Positions 10,302 through 21,457 of a DNA stretch of 45,784 nt are shown piece by piece (position 1 is the stretch's first letter; every line of letters starts with the position of its first letter). The notes under the pieces were generated by a model, which saw only the letters and a list, made by a program, of their open reading frames with translations, was not told the DNA's origin and did not search any database. Where the stretch lies: assembly GCA_049521195.1 (NCBI GenBank), contig JBEKPA010000001.1, forward strand, positions 1-45,784, in the 5' to 3' direction. The stretch is from Terracidiphilus sp. Its GTDB lineage: Bacteria; Acidobacteriota; Terriglobia; Terriglobales; Acidobacteriaceae. Position numbers and translations under genes: made by a program.

Positions 10302-10559
10302 ATGGACGTGCAGATGTATGCCACTCCCTTTTGCCCGGACTGCCGCGCGGCCAGGAAGTTTCTCGATGCGCACGGCATCGCGTACAGCGAGATCAATGTG
10401 GACCGCGACCCGGCTGCCTCGGCCGAGGTGCTGCGCCGCGTGGGCAAGCGAGCGGTTCCGCAACTGGTGATCGACGGCGAATGGTTCCAGCCCTACGTGC
10501 CGGGCCGCGGGCTGCTGGTGGATGAGCTGCACGAACGTTTGGGCATTCCTCGCGCCTGA
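10302..10559 (+). CDS. glutaredoxin/NrdH-like redoxin
   Basis: CPDC active site, AVPQLVIDG; TAAAAT box 6 nt before ATG. Confidence 0.85.
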   Translation: MDVQMYATPFCPDCRAARKFLDAHGIAYSEINVDRDPAASAEVLRRVGKRAVPQLVIDGEWFQPYVPGRGLLVDELHERLGIPRA

Positions 10560-10628
10560 CGGCGTTTTCCTCGTACAATCGAGAGTTGGCAGAGGCCGCG
10601 CAATGCGGCTCCGGTAAGGAGTCCTCCC

Positions 10629-11939
<1,311 letters not shown>

Positions 11940-11958
11940 GCTGGATTGAATCGGATTT

Positions 11959-11989
11959 CCAGGTCCCAGAGGCGGGACCTGGGGCGCCC
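11959..11989 (-). repeat. REP-like hairpin (GGGYGCCCCA family)
   Basis: Reverse complement reads GGGCGCCCCAGGTCCCGCCTCTGGGACCTGG; lies between convergent purB and LysR genes. Confidence 0.7.
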
Positions 11990-12045
11990 GGCGACCGGCC
12001 ACTCGATTTACCGGATGATTGAGATGTCGGCCACCCGCCCGGACT

Positions 12046-12942
12046 TCAGCCTTCGGAGTCCTTCAGTTTGTCCTTGACCAGCTCCATGAAGGCGGCCATG
12101 GCCGGAGAAATCCATTTGTCCTTGTGCCAGAGGATATGGGTGCTAATGTCGAGGGACGGACCGGCCCAGCGCAAGGCTTTGAGACGTTTCTGGCGCAGTT
12201 CGCGGGCGACGACGATGGCCGGCAGCAGACCGAGTCCCATGCCGAGGGTGACGCACTGCTTGAGCGCCTCAACGCTGGAGAACTCCGTGACATTGCCAGG
12301 ACGAATGTTTCCCAGTGCGAGCGCCCGGTCGAGTTTTCCTCGGTAACTGCATCCTGCTTCCGTAAGCAACAGATTCTGTCCGGCCAGATCGGCAGGTTTA
12401 ACCGTGGGTTGACTGGCCAGCGGGTGGGTGGCATCGGCCAGCAAGAGGACTCGCTCCGTGCGCAGGCGGATGGACGCGATACTCGAGAAGGCCTGAAGAT
12501 CGTCCCCGTATATCGCCATGTCTAACTTTCCGGCTTCGAGCTCAAGCGCAAGAGTCGCATTCACGTACGGACGGAAGATGAGTTCGACGTGCGGAAAGTG
12601 GCGGCGGAAGGCGCGCAATACCTCGGGCAGGCGATAGGTGAGCAGGCTCTCCGCAGCGCCGATACGCAACGGCCCGCTGGGCTCGATGCCGGTTTGCAGA
12701 GCGCGTTGACCCCGGTCCATGGCCGTCAGGGCCTGCGAGGCAAAAGGCAGGAAGTTGCGGCCCGCGTCAGTGAGGGTCACGCGACGGCCCAGGCGGTCAA
12801 AGAGCGGTATTCCGAGTTCCTCCTCGAGTGCCTTGATCTGCGCGGTCACGTTGGACTGCACGGTGTGCACCCTTTCAGCAGTGCGCGTGAAGCTCAGCTC
12901 TTCAGCGAGCGTTCGAAAGATCTGTAGCTGCCGGACTTCCAT
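12046..12942 (-). CDS. LysR family transcriptional regulator
   Basis: MEVRQLQIF...SFTRTAERVHTVQSNVTAQIKALEEELG HTH plus substrate-binding domain. Confidence 0.93.
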   Translation of the reverse strand: MEVRQLQIFRTLAEELSFTRTAERVHTVQSNVTAQIKALEEELGIPLFDRLGRRVTLTDAGRNFLPFASQALTAMDRGQRALQTGIEPSGPLRIGAAESLLTYRLPEVLRAFRRHFPHVELIFRPYVNATLALELEAGKLDMAIYGDDLQAFSSIASIRLRTERVLLLADATHPLASQPTVKPADLAGQNLLLTEAGCSYRGKLDRALALGNIRPGNVTEFSSVEALKQCVTLGMGLGLLPAIVVARELRQKRLKALRWAGPSLDISTHILWHKDKWISPAMAAFMELVKDKLKDSEG

Positions 12943-13196
12943 AGAAGAATCTCCAATACAGATGCAATATATCACATCAATCTATTGGACAGATATACAA
13001 ACCTGAGCCAGACTCACAATATGGCGCGATCGAACCGGACATCCATAAATGCCTGGTTTGGATCATCGCTATGCCGCTGAGCAGCGCTGGCGCGAGAGAT
13101 TGGGCAAGTAAATCTATTGTGTTCCAGCAGGCTCTCGGAGAAGGTTCCCGAGGGCTCGCAAGAGACCCGAACAAAACAACCAATGAGGAGGTTCAT

Positions 13197-13613
13197 ATGA
13201 ATCGCATCGCCGCAATCGCGCTCTTCGCCGGAGCAACCTTGATGACGGCCAGCAGTGCCACGGCACAGAGCAATGCCGTCGAAGTAAACGTTCCATTCAA
13301 CTTTACCGTCAACAACACTTTTCTACCGGCCGGGAGCTACACCCTCGGCTTCGATCCATTGTTTCCCGATGAGCTCATCGTTCGAGACCGGGCGAAGAAC
13401 GTAAAGGCAACGGTCTTTGGCCAGCGCGGTTCGCTCGGCCCATGGAGGCCTGGCTCGCTGATTTTCCACCAGTATGGCGGTCAATACTTCCTGAGCGCGG
13501 TTCGCGTCGATTCCGGCTCGAATGGGGTTTTCTTACCCGCCACGAAACTTGAGGAGCAGGCCAGAAAAGAGAGCCAGAAAGAGGACTTGGCTTTCATTGC
13601 GGTCAATCGATAG
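13197..13613 (+). CDS. small secreted beta-rich hypothetical protein
   Basis: GAGGAGG RBS, signal peptide, VNVPFNFTV...LPAGSY and LIFHQYGGQYFL motifs. Confidence 0.8.
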   Translation: MNRIAAIALFAGATLMTASSATAQSNAVEVNVPFNFTVNNTFLPAGSYTLGFDPLFPDELIVRDRAKNVKATVFGQRGSLGPWRPGSLIFHQYGGQYFLSAVRVDSGSNGVFLPATKLEEQARKESQKEDLAFIAVNR

Positions 13614-13887
13614 CGGCTGGCTGGCCGCTCGGCGCTCCTGAGCGAAAGCGTCGGCTTTGTCAAGGCACTTTTGTCGCCACTCCTGCCACCAAAGGAGCAT
13701 GGGGATCGTCGGTTTGGGCAGGACGGTGTCAAGGTCGAGCTATTGGCGTTCCTCTCGACCCTTGACACCGGCCAGGTGGCCCAGGTCTGAACAAGTAGAA
13801 TATGACGGTGCTGCATGTCCCGATTTTGAGCCTTGGGAAGATTTGACCCCGACCTGTTCAGCATAGAAGAATCCACACGTGGAAGCC

Positions 13888-14478
13888 ATGAATATCACCG
13901 TCGCACTTACCGGCGCATCCGGCGCGGTCTTTGGCCGCGAGGCGCTCCGCGCTCTTGAGTCTGACGAAAGAGTGGGGCGGGTACATTTTGTGGCTTCGGA
14001 AAACTCCCTGCGCGTGCTGGCCGAGGAACTGGGCGTGAGCGGCCGCAACGGCCTCCTGGAAAAGCTTCTCGGCGCGACGCCCATCAAGACCGTCCAGCAC
14101 TCCGATGCGGACATCGGCGCGGCCATCGCCAGCGGCAGCCATCCGTCGGACGGTATGATTGTTCTGCCCTGCTCCATGGGCACGCTGGCGGCCATCGCCC
14201 ACGGACTGGCCAACTCGCTCATCGCCCGCGCCGCCGACGTCACGCTCAAGGAGCGGCGGCCGCTGATTCTGTGCGTGCGCGAGACGCCGTTCAACCGCAT
14301 CCATCTGCGCAACATGACGCTGGCCGCCGAGGCCGGCGCGGTGATCTTTCCCTGCATTCCCGCCTTCTACAATCACCCCGTTGACTCCACCGAGATGGCC
14401 CGGCAGTTCGTCTATCGCGTGCTGGCGCACATCGGTCTGCCGCAGCCGGGCGCCTATGTGTGGAAGGCGGAAGAGTAA
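13888..14478 (+). CDS. ubiX: flavin prenyltransferase
   Basis: VALTGASGA, IASGS, PCSMGTLA, ADVTLKERRPL, VRETP; start 13888 or GTG 13879. Confidence 0.92.
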   Translation: MNITVALTGASGAVFGREALRALESDERVGRVHFVASENSLRVLAEELGVSGRNGLLEKLLGATPIKTVQHSDADIGAAIASGSHPSDGMIVLPCSMGTLAAIAHGLANSLIARAADVTLKERRPLILCVRETPFNRIHLRNMTLAAEAGAVIFPCIPAFYNHPVDSTEMARQFVYRVLAHIGLPQPGAYVWKAEE

Positions 14479-14534
14479 ACTTATTGACAATGATCCTCGG
14501 GCGGAGTAATCGGTGATTCCGGAGGGCTGTGGCG

Positions 14535-14987
14535 ATGGAACATGTAGCGATGACAGTCGAACCGGAGCCGCCAATCAATGGCCGGCGTAGCTCCGCACTT
14601 TTCTCTTTGCTGGTGGGAGCTGTAGTCTCGCTGGGGCTGATGCTGTGGGTGGGGCGACATGACTCGTCGGTTGAGTTGATGCTGCTTTTCACGGTTTGGG
14701 TGGCATCCCCCTTTGCAGGGATGGCGCTGGTGCTCCGCTCGGCAAAGCGATGGCCACTTGTACGGCAGAATGTAACGTACAACCAAGTACGTTTCATCAG
14801 CCTGGGTTCAGCGTTGATCTATTTCAGTACGGTGGACGTCAAGCAATTGGCAAAACCCGCTGGTCCGTTTCTGGCGGTGCCAATAGCATCGTGGTTGCTC
14901 ATGGGGCTTTGGCTCTGGATGACCAATTATTTTCATGGAGAAAGCAGCGGGGAGACAACGGTGCTGAATCTGAATGGGAAAAAGTAG
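14535..14987 (+). CDS. hypothetical membrane protein (about 4 TM)
   Basis: GGAGG upstream, four hydrophobic segments, more AT-rich than its neighbours; start uncertain. Confidence 0.5.
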   Translation: MEHVAMTVEPEPPINGRRSSALFSLLVGAVVSLGLMLWVGRHDSSVELMLLFTVWVASPFAGMALVLRSAKRWPLVRQNVTYNQVRFISLGSALIYFSTVDVKQLAKPAGPFLAVPIASWLLMGLWLWMTNYFHGESSGETTVLNLNGKK

Positions 14988-15046
14988 TTCGCAGGCCAGG
15001 TCGGGTCTCGCCGGCCTTCGCGTCATCAAAATACTTGCGATTGCAT

Positions 15047-15076
15047 TTGACAGGCACTGCGCCTTCCGTCGATACT
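15047..15076 (+). promoter_or_regulatory. sigma70-type promoter for the met leader/metY-metX transcript
   Basis: TTGACA (15047-52), 18 nt spacer, GATACT (15071-76), ATG 7 nt downstream. Confidence 0.7.
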
Positions 15077-15083
15077 TCCTTTA

Positions 15084-15182
15084 ATGCCGAACTCAAGGAA
15101 ACACGGAATTGCGGTCATGGCCATGTGCATGTGTATGGCGTGCGGACCCCTCCGTGCGGCTCTTGAGACGCGAATGCGCTAG
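15084..15182 (+). CDS. putative Met/Cys-rich attenuation leader peptide (32 aa)
   Basis: Translates to MPNSRKHGIAVMAMCMCMACGPLRAALETRMR*; below the ORF-track size cutoff; precedes a terminator and metY. Confidence 0.75.
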   Translation: MPNSRKHGIAVMAMCMCMACGPLRAALETRMR

Positions 15183-15202
15183 GCGCAACCGATCTTGAAG
15201 CC

Positions 15203-15246
15203 AGGCGGCCCGGGTCCCGGAGAGGATTCGGGCCGTTTTGCTTTTT
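15203..15246 (+). terminator. intrinsic terminator (attenuator) in the metY leader
   Basis: 12-bp stem CGGCCCGGGTCC/GGATTCGGGCCG (2 G-U pairs), 6-nt loop, then TTTTGCTTTTT. Confidence 0.8.
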
Positions 15247-15258
15247 GGGGCATGCGTT

Positions 15259-15393
15259 TCCCACCCTAGCGACAAAAATCCGCCGCGGCGGATCGCGAGC
15301 GTGGGGCACCCGCCATCTCTCACTTTTGTACCGAAAGGCAAACCGCAGGTCCTTCGACTCCGTCCGCCGCGGCGGACTCCGCTCAGGATGACA
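15259..15393. repeat. two REP-like elements in the metY 5' region
   Basis: 15259..15311 is a reversed GGGTGCCCCA-family copy; 15343..15393 is CGCAGGTCCTTCGACT...GCTCAGGATGACA, also found at 26919, 27012 and 45318. Confidence 0.8.
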
Positions 15394-15427
15394 GCCTGGT
15401 TGAGGGACCACATCCCAACAGCAGTGA

Positions 15428-16804
<1,377 letters not shown>

Positions 16805-16809
16805 AGGTG

Positions 16810-17946
16810 ATGACTGAAACCCGAACCCCGGCCGAGACCGGGCCTCAAGTAAAGGGAGCCGGAACGAAACTTCTGGAGCCGACATACGAGGGGGACTTTG
16901 TACTTGACGAGCATCTGTTGTTGGAGTGCGGCCGCACACTGGCCGGCGTAACACTGCATTATGCGGTGTACGGCCGGCTGAATGCGGCCCGCGACAACGC
17001 CGTGCTCGTGTGCCATGCCCTCTCCGGTTCGGCGCTGGTGGGCTCCTGGTGGCCTGAGATCTTTGCGCCGGGCGCGGTCTTGTCGCTGGAACACGACTTT
17101 GTCATCTGCATCAACATGCTGGGTTCCTGTTACGGTTCCACGGGGCCTGGCTCGGTGGACCCGGAGACGGGCGAGACGTATGGCCCGGATTTTCCCCTGG
17201 TTTCGATCCGAGATAATGTGCGGGCGCAGGCGCGGCTGCTGGATTCCATGGGCATCCGGCGGCTGCGGCTGGTTCTGGGCGGCTCCATCGGGGCGATGCA
17301 GGCCCTGGACTGGGCCATTCTCAATTCCGAACGCGTGGCGCGGGGGCTGATCATCGGCGCAACCCCGGTTTCGGCGATGGGGCTGGCGCTCAATCATCTC
17401 CAGCGCCAGGCCATTCTGCACGACCCGGAGTGGGCGGGCGGCCGCTATCTGCCCCAGCGTCCTCCGCGGCGGGGACTGGCGCTGGCCCGCCAGATCGGCA
17501 TGCTCAGCTACAAGTCCGCGGCGCTCTTCAACGAGCGCTATGGGCGCAATCCCAATCGCAACGGCGAGGATCCCTGGGGCCTCGACGACCAGGGCGGCGG
17601 CCTGACTGGCGGGCGGTTCGACATAGCCGGCTATCTGGACCTCCAGGGGCAGCGATTCATCGACCGCTTCGACGCCAATTCGTATCTGGCCCTGCTGCGC
17701 ACCATGGATACCTGGGATCCGATGCGCGGCTTCTCCTCGGCCGAGGAGGCCTTCAGCCGCATCAGCGCCCGGCTCAGCTTTGTCGGCATCAGTTCGGATT
17801 GGCTGTTTCCGGCCGCGGAAGTGCGCCGCTTTGCCGAGGCAATTCGCGCCACCGGCGTGCAGGCCGATTACCGGGAGATGATCAGCGACCATGGCCACGA
17901 CGCCTTCCTGGCCGAACAGGCCGAATTGGTGCGGTTGCTGCAATGA
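16810..17946 (+). CDS. metX: homoserine O-acetyltransferase (MetX family)
   Basis: VCHALSG, GGSIGAMQA nucleophile elbow, SSDWLFP, HGHDAFL; follows metY directly. Confidence 0.9.
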   Translation: MTETRTPAETGPQVKGAGTKLLEPTYEGDFVLDEHLLLECGRTLAGVTLHYAVYGRLNAARDNAVLVCHALSGSALVGSWWPEIFAPGAVLSLEHDFVICINMLGSCYGSTGPGSVDPETGETYGPDFPLVSIRDNVRAQARLLDSMGIRRLRLVLGGSIGAMQALDWAILNSERVARGLIIGATPVSAMGLALNHLQRQAILHDPEWAGGRYLPQRPPRRGLALARQIGMLSYKSAALFNERYGRNPNRNGEDPWGLDDQGGGLTGGRFDIAGYLDLQGQRFIDRFDANSYLALLRTMDTWDPMRGFSSAEEAFSRISARLSFVGISSDWLFPAAEVRRFAEAIRATGVQADYREMISDHGHDAFLAEQAELVRLLQ

Positions 17947-17966
17947 GCAGGCCGGACGCGTGCTAG

Positions 17967-18012
17967 CCCGCCCTGGCCTCAACAACAGAAACGCGGCGAG
18001 GGTGGGGCGCCC
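17967..18012 (-). repeat. REP-like element (GGGYGCCCCA family)
   Basis: Reverse complement GGGCGCCCCACCCTCGCCGCGTTTCTGTTGTTGAGGCCAGGGCGGG resembles the 9683 copy. Confidence 0.7.
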
Positions 18013-18231
18013 CAATGGAAGCTCGGGAACAGTTTTTCCCGCTCCGGTGTCTAAGCCGACATGCGCTTGAGCCATCGGCAGTCCGGAGCGACGGGGATGC
18101 AACTGGCCGGGAGGGCTGTTTTTCATCCCGGACATGGCAGTTATTCCGGTGAACGAGGACTTTTGACCTGGCGCCGGGGGGACGCGCGGCGCGGCTTCCT
18201 GAACAATTATTTTTTTCCTTTGGAACTTCGC

Positions 18232-18260
18232 TTGTCACAATGGGCGGGGCTATCTATAAT
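18232..18260 (+). promoter_or_regulatory. near-consensus sigma70 promoter
   Basis: TTGTCA, 17 nt spacer, TATAAT. Confidence 0.75.
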
Positions 18261-18397
18261 CCTTCCAACACCGCATTGGGAGCCGTGGTATCGTTTACGC
18301 ATACCCCGGTACTCAACCGCCAGACTGAACGGTTGCAACTTCCGCGAGCGTGTGCTTGAGTATCGATCTCCATTTCGGCATTTCCCAGGAGCACTGA

Positions 18398-19732
18398 ATG
18401 AAAAAGTTTGTCTTTGCGTCTGTGATGGCATTGGCGAGCATTAGCCTCGTTTCCGCGCCCACGCTGCGGGCACAGGATTCGGACCAGATCACCATCAAGG
18501 ATCCGGCCGAGTTCAATGCCTATCAAATGGCTACCACCCAGAGCGATCCCAAGGCCAAAGCCGCGGCCCTGGAGGGCTTTCTGCAAGCCTATCCACAGAG
18601 CGTGGTGAAGGCGGCCGTCCTGGACCTGCTGGTGGATACCTACCAGCAACTGAACGACCCGGACCATACGCTCAGCGCTGCCACCCGCCTGCTCCAGGTG
18701 GACCCCAACAACACGAAGGCCATTTACATTTCGGTACTCCTCAAGAAGGCCCAGTGCCAAAAGACGAGCGACGCGCAGACTTGCGACGATGCCGCGGCGA
18801 TGGCCCAGAAGGGACTCGCAACTCCCAAGCCGGCCAAGATCTCCGCCGCCGACTGGAAGAAGCAGACGGACGCAACCTACCCAATCTTTCACTCCGCCAT
18901 CGCTTTGGATGACATCCTCTCCAAGAAGGACGTCAAGGCCGGCATCGCCGAGTACACCCAGGAGCTGATGCTGTTTACCCCCGAAGACACCCAAAAGGGT
19001 ACTGGCTTGGTGGACACTCTGAACATTGCCGAAGCCTATGTCAAGGAGACTCCGCCGGACGCGGTGAACGCGGTGTGGTTCTATGCCCGCGCGCTCAACT
19101 TTGCGCCCGACAGCTACAAGGCCGTGATCGGAAAGAAGCTCGAGTATTGGTACAAGAAGTACCATGGCGGGCTGGATGGACTCGACGACCTGAAGGTCCA
19201 GGCGGCGAAGACCGTTTTCCCGTCGAACTTTGTCCTCAAGCCGGCGCCGACCCCGGCCGAGAAGATTCACACCATTCTGGTGAATACTCCGGATCTGAGG
19301 ACTCTGGCTCTGGCCGACAAGGAATTGGTTCTGGCTTTCGGCGCCAAGGAAGACGCGGATAAGCTTTGGGCGCTGATGAAGGATCAGTCGACCCTGGTTC
19401 CCGGAATTGTGATCGAGGCAACCGACTCGGTCATCAAGCTCGCCGTGACTGCGGACGCCAAGGAGGCCAAGCTTCCCGACTTCATCGTCAATTTGAAGGC
19501 GCCGCTGACCGAAAAGGAAAAGGCCGTATATGTCGCCGGCTTCGCATTTGGCGATCGTGCCAAGGGAGAGGCCGAGTTGGATGGAACCTACGACACCTAC
19601 ACCCAGGTCCCAGCTACGGCAACCACGGCGCAGTCGGTGCAGATCGTGCTCCGCGAAGGAACGATTGTGCCGGCGAAGAAGGTGGTCCCGGTGCATAAGC
19701 CGACGCCGGCGCACAGGCCCGCGGCGCACTGA
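18398..19732 (+). CDS. secreted helical-repeat (TPR-like) hypothetical protein
   Basis: AGGAG RBS, signal peptide, TPR-like segments (LEGFLQAYPQS; RLLQVDPNN), strong codon bias. Confidence 0.8.
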   Translation: MKKFVFASVMALASISLVSAPTLRAQDSDQITIKDPAEFNAYQMATTQSDPKAKAAALEGFLQAYPQSVVKAAVLDLLVDTYQQLNDPDHTLSAATRLLQVDPNNTKAIYISVLLKKAQCQKTSDAQTCDDAAAMAQKGLATPKPAKISAADWKKQTDATYPIFHSAIALDDILSKKDVKAGIAEYTQELMLFTPEDTQKGTGLVDTLNIAEAYVKETPPDAVNAVWFYARALNFAPDSYKAVIGKKLEYWYKKYHGGLDGLDDLKVQAAKTVFPSNFVLKPAPTPAEKIHTILVNTPDLRTLALADKELVLAFGAKEDADKLWALMKDQSTLVPGIVIEATDSVIKLAVTADAKEAKLPDFIVNLKAPLTEKEKAVYVAGFAFGDRAKGEAELDGTYDTYTQVPATATTAQSVQIVLREGTIVPAKKVVPVHKPTPAHRPAAH

Positions 19733-19783
19733 TTCTCAGTTCACGCACGCAGCCTCCTACTCCTGGGAGCTTGAGCGATCATG

Positions 19784-19813
19784 AAGGGCAGCCCGCATAC
19801 GGCTGCCCTTTCT
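19784..19813 (+). terminator. intrinsic terminator
   Basis: AAGGGCAGCC/GGCTGCCCTT 10-bp stem with a short T-tract. Confidence 0.7.
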
Positions 19814-19877
19814 GTATGGTGCGCATCACCCTCATCCAAAGCCTCTCTCCACGCAGCGGTGGTAATCTGGGGGCAAG

Positions 19878-20792
19878 ATGGCGCAACTGAAAATCCTGCC
19901 CCTAATCCTGGCCGTTCTATCCATCGCCGCTCTCCGCGCCTTCGCCCAGGCGCAGGCGGCTCAGGATACTTCCGCGACTCATCTCAAGGTCAGGCAGGTT
20001 CCAAATGCTGTGCCTCCCCTGCCGTTTCCTGCCGGCAGCGAGACTCCGGGGCCTGTGGCGCCGGTCGAGTACCGCTCTGCCGGCGAGATGACCCGGAAGG
20101 ATCTCGATCTGGAGGCGGACGCGGAGTCTTCCATCGCCGAACATGCAAGGCGCATTGGCCTGGAGTTCAACCACGGCGCATGGAGTTACCGGCAGTTGGT
20201 GTGCCCCGCGCTGCCCAACCACCTCTTTCTGCGCTTCCTGCGCAACGGCGGGGCGGGCGACGTGAGCGTCTTTACGGCTTCGATACCGCGCAACGGCGAT
20301 GGCCGGGTGCGCATCATCCCCATTCGCCTGCGCGGCTATTCGCTCTTCTCGCCCGCGCCCATCAACGCGCTGACCGTCTCGGCCTTCAACCGCATCCGGG
20401 CCGAGGAGCACCCCGGCAAGGCCCCCGACTGGCTGGGGACCGGCCTGTGTTACGCCGCCCTGGCGGGAGCGCATCCCCAGCTTGCGAATCTCGTTGACGA
20501 TCTGGAGAGCCAGAAGTTCCTGACCGCTGCCCCCGCCAAGCTGGAGATACCGGTCCAGGGCGGCGCCATCGTTTCATTTACGGATGTGGCCGCGGCTCCC
20601 CGCACCATGGTGTGGACCATGACCTTCGACAGAAAGGGCAGACTGCTGAAGGCTGCGCATTTGCCGGTGGGTCAGCTTGCGGTCCATGCCGTTCCGCCCA
20701 GCGCGGGAGAGCCGAAAGGTACGCCCTTGCCCCCGACCATCGACGTCGATTCGCCGGGCGAGCCAATCCGGCCGGCCAATCCGCCCAAGTAG
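19878..20792 (+). CDS. secreted hypothetical protein
   Basis: Signal peptide ending AFAQA, Pro-rich C-terminus. Confidence 0.7.
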   Translation: MAQLKILPLILAVLSIAALRAFAQAQAAQDTSATHLKVRQVPNAVPPLPFPAGSETPGPVAPVEYRSAGEMTRKDLDLEADAESSIAEHARRIGLEFNHGAWSYRQLVCPALPNHLFLRFLRNGGAGDVSVFTASIPRNGDGRVRIIPIRLRGYSLFSPAPINALTVSAFNRIRAEEHPGKAPDWLGTGLCYAALAGAHPQLANLVDDLESQKFLTAAPAKLEIPVQGGAIVSFTDVAAAPRTMVWTMTFDRKGRLLKAAHLPVGQLAVHAVPPSAGEPKGTPLPPTIDVDSPGEPIRPANPPK

Positions 20793-20829
20793 ATCGGCAG
20801 CGTTTGCAGAGAGTCGAAAACTGGCCGTT

Positions 20830-20857
20830 GATCCCCGATCTCTGATCCCCGATCCCT
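20830..20857. repeat. 7-bp tandem repeat (GATCYCY x4)
   Basis: GATCCCC GATCTCT GATCCCC GATCCCT. Confidence 0.75.
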
Positions 20858-20883
20858 AGTTGTGGCGCATCAACAGGTTGTTC

Positions 20884-21450
20884 CTATCGAGGCCTGCGCG
20901 GCTGATCGGCGGGGTCGAGGGCGAAGGTGGGGATGAAGCCCAGCCGGCGCCAGAAATCCTCGACGAGGGCTATGGTCTGGTGGCTGGTCTTGGCCGTGGT
21001 GCGGAGGAGGATTTGAGTGTCGGCGCCGGCAGCCAGGCTGGAGGCTTCGGCGGCGATGGCGATGCACTTCTCCGGACGGCAGGTGCAGCTGGCCAGGTCG
21101 GCGATGGACAGCTGCATGGTGGGAGTGGCCAGAACGGTGCGGGGCGGGGCCATGCGGTCCAGCAGCCAGAGGATTTCGAGCTTGGACTCCAGTTCGTCCG
21201 GCACGCAGTCGATGGCCAGGTCGGCCGAGCGGACGGCGTCTTCGATGGTGGAGACGAAGGCGACGCTCGGCGACGCTCCCGCAACCGGGCCAAGAGCCTC
21301 GGGGCCGAGTTGCCGGCGGAGCGCTTCGCGGGCGTGACGGAGGTTGGCGGGCATCACGTCCTCCAGCAGGACGCGGAAGCCGGCGCGGGCCGCGCTCAGG
21401 GCCAGCCAGCGGCCCAGGGGCCCTGCTCCGATGATGGCGACGGTAGACAA
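20884..21450 (-). CDS. 3-hydroxyacyl-CoA dehydrogenase NAD-binding domain protein
   Basis: VAIIGAGPLG Rossmann motif, ADLAIDCVPDELESK; no C-terminal dimerisation domain. Confidence 0.8.
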   Translation of the reverse strand: MSTVAIIGAGPLGRWLALSAARAGFRVLLEDVMPANLRHAREALRRQLGPEALGPVAGASPSVAFVSTIEDAVRSADLAIDCVPDELESKLEILWLLDRMAPPRTVLATPTMQLSIADLASCTCRPEKCIAIAAEASSLAAGADTQILLRTTAKTSHQTIALVEDFWRRLGFIPTFALDPADQPRRPR

Positions 21451-21457
21451 GCCAGGT

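Noticed and set aside
15093-15413. ORFs spanning REP elements (also 8077..8550, 26878..27060, 33397..33579)
   Set aside because: Translations of palindromic repeats (VILSGVRRGGRSRRT type), not genes
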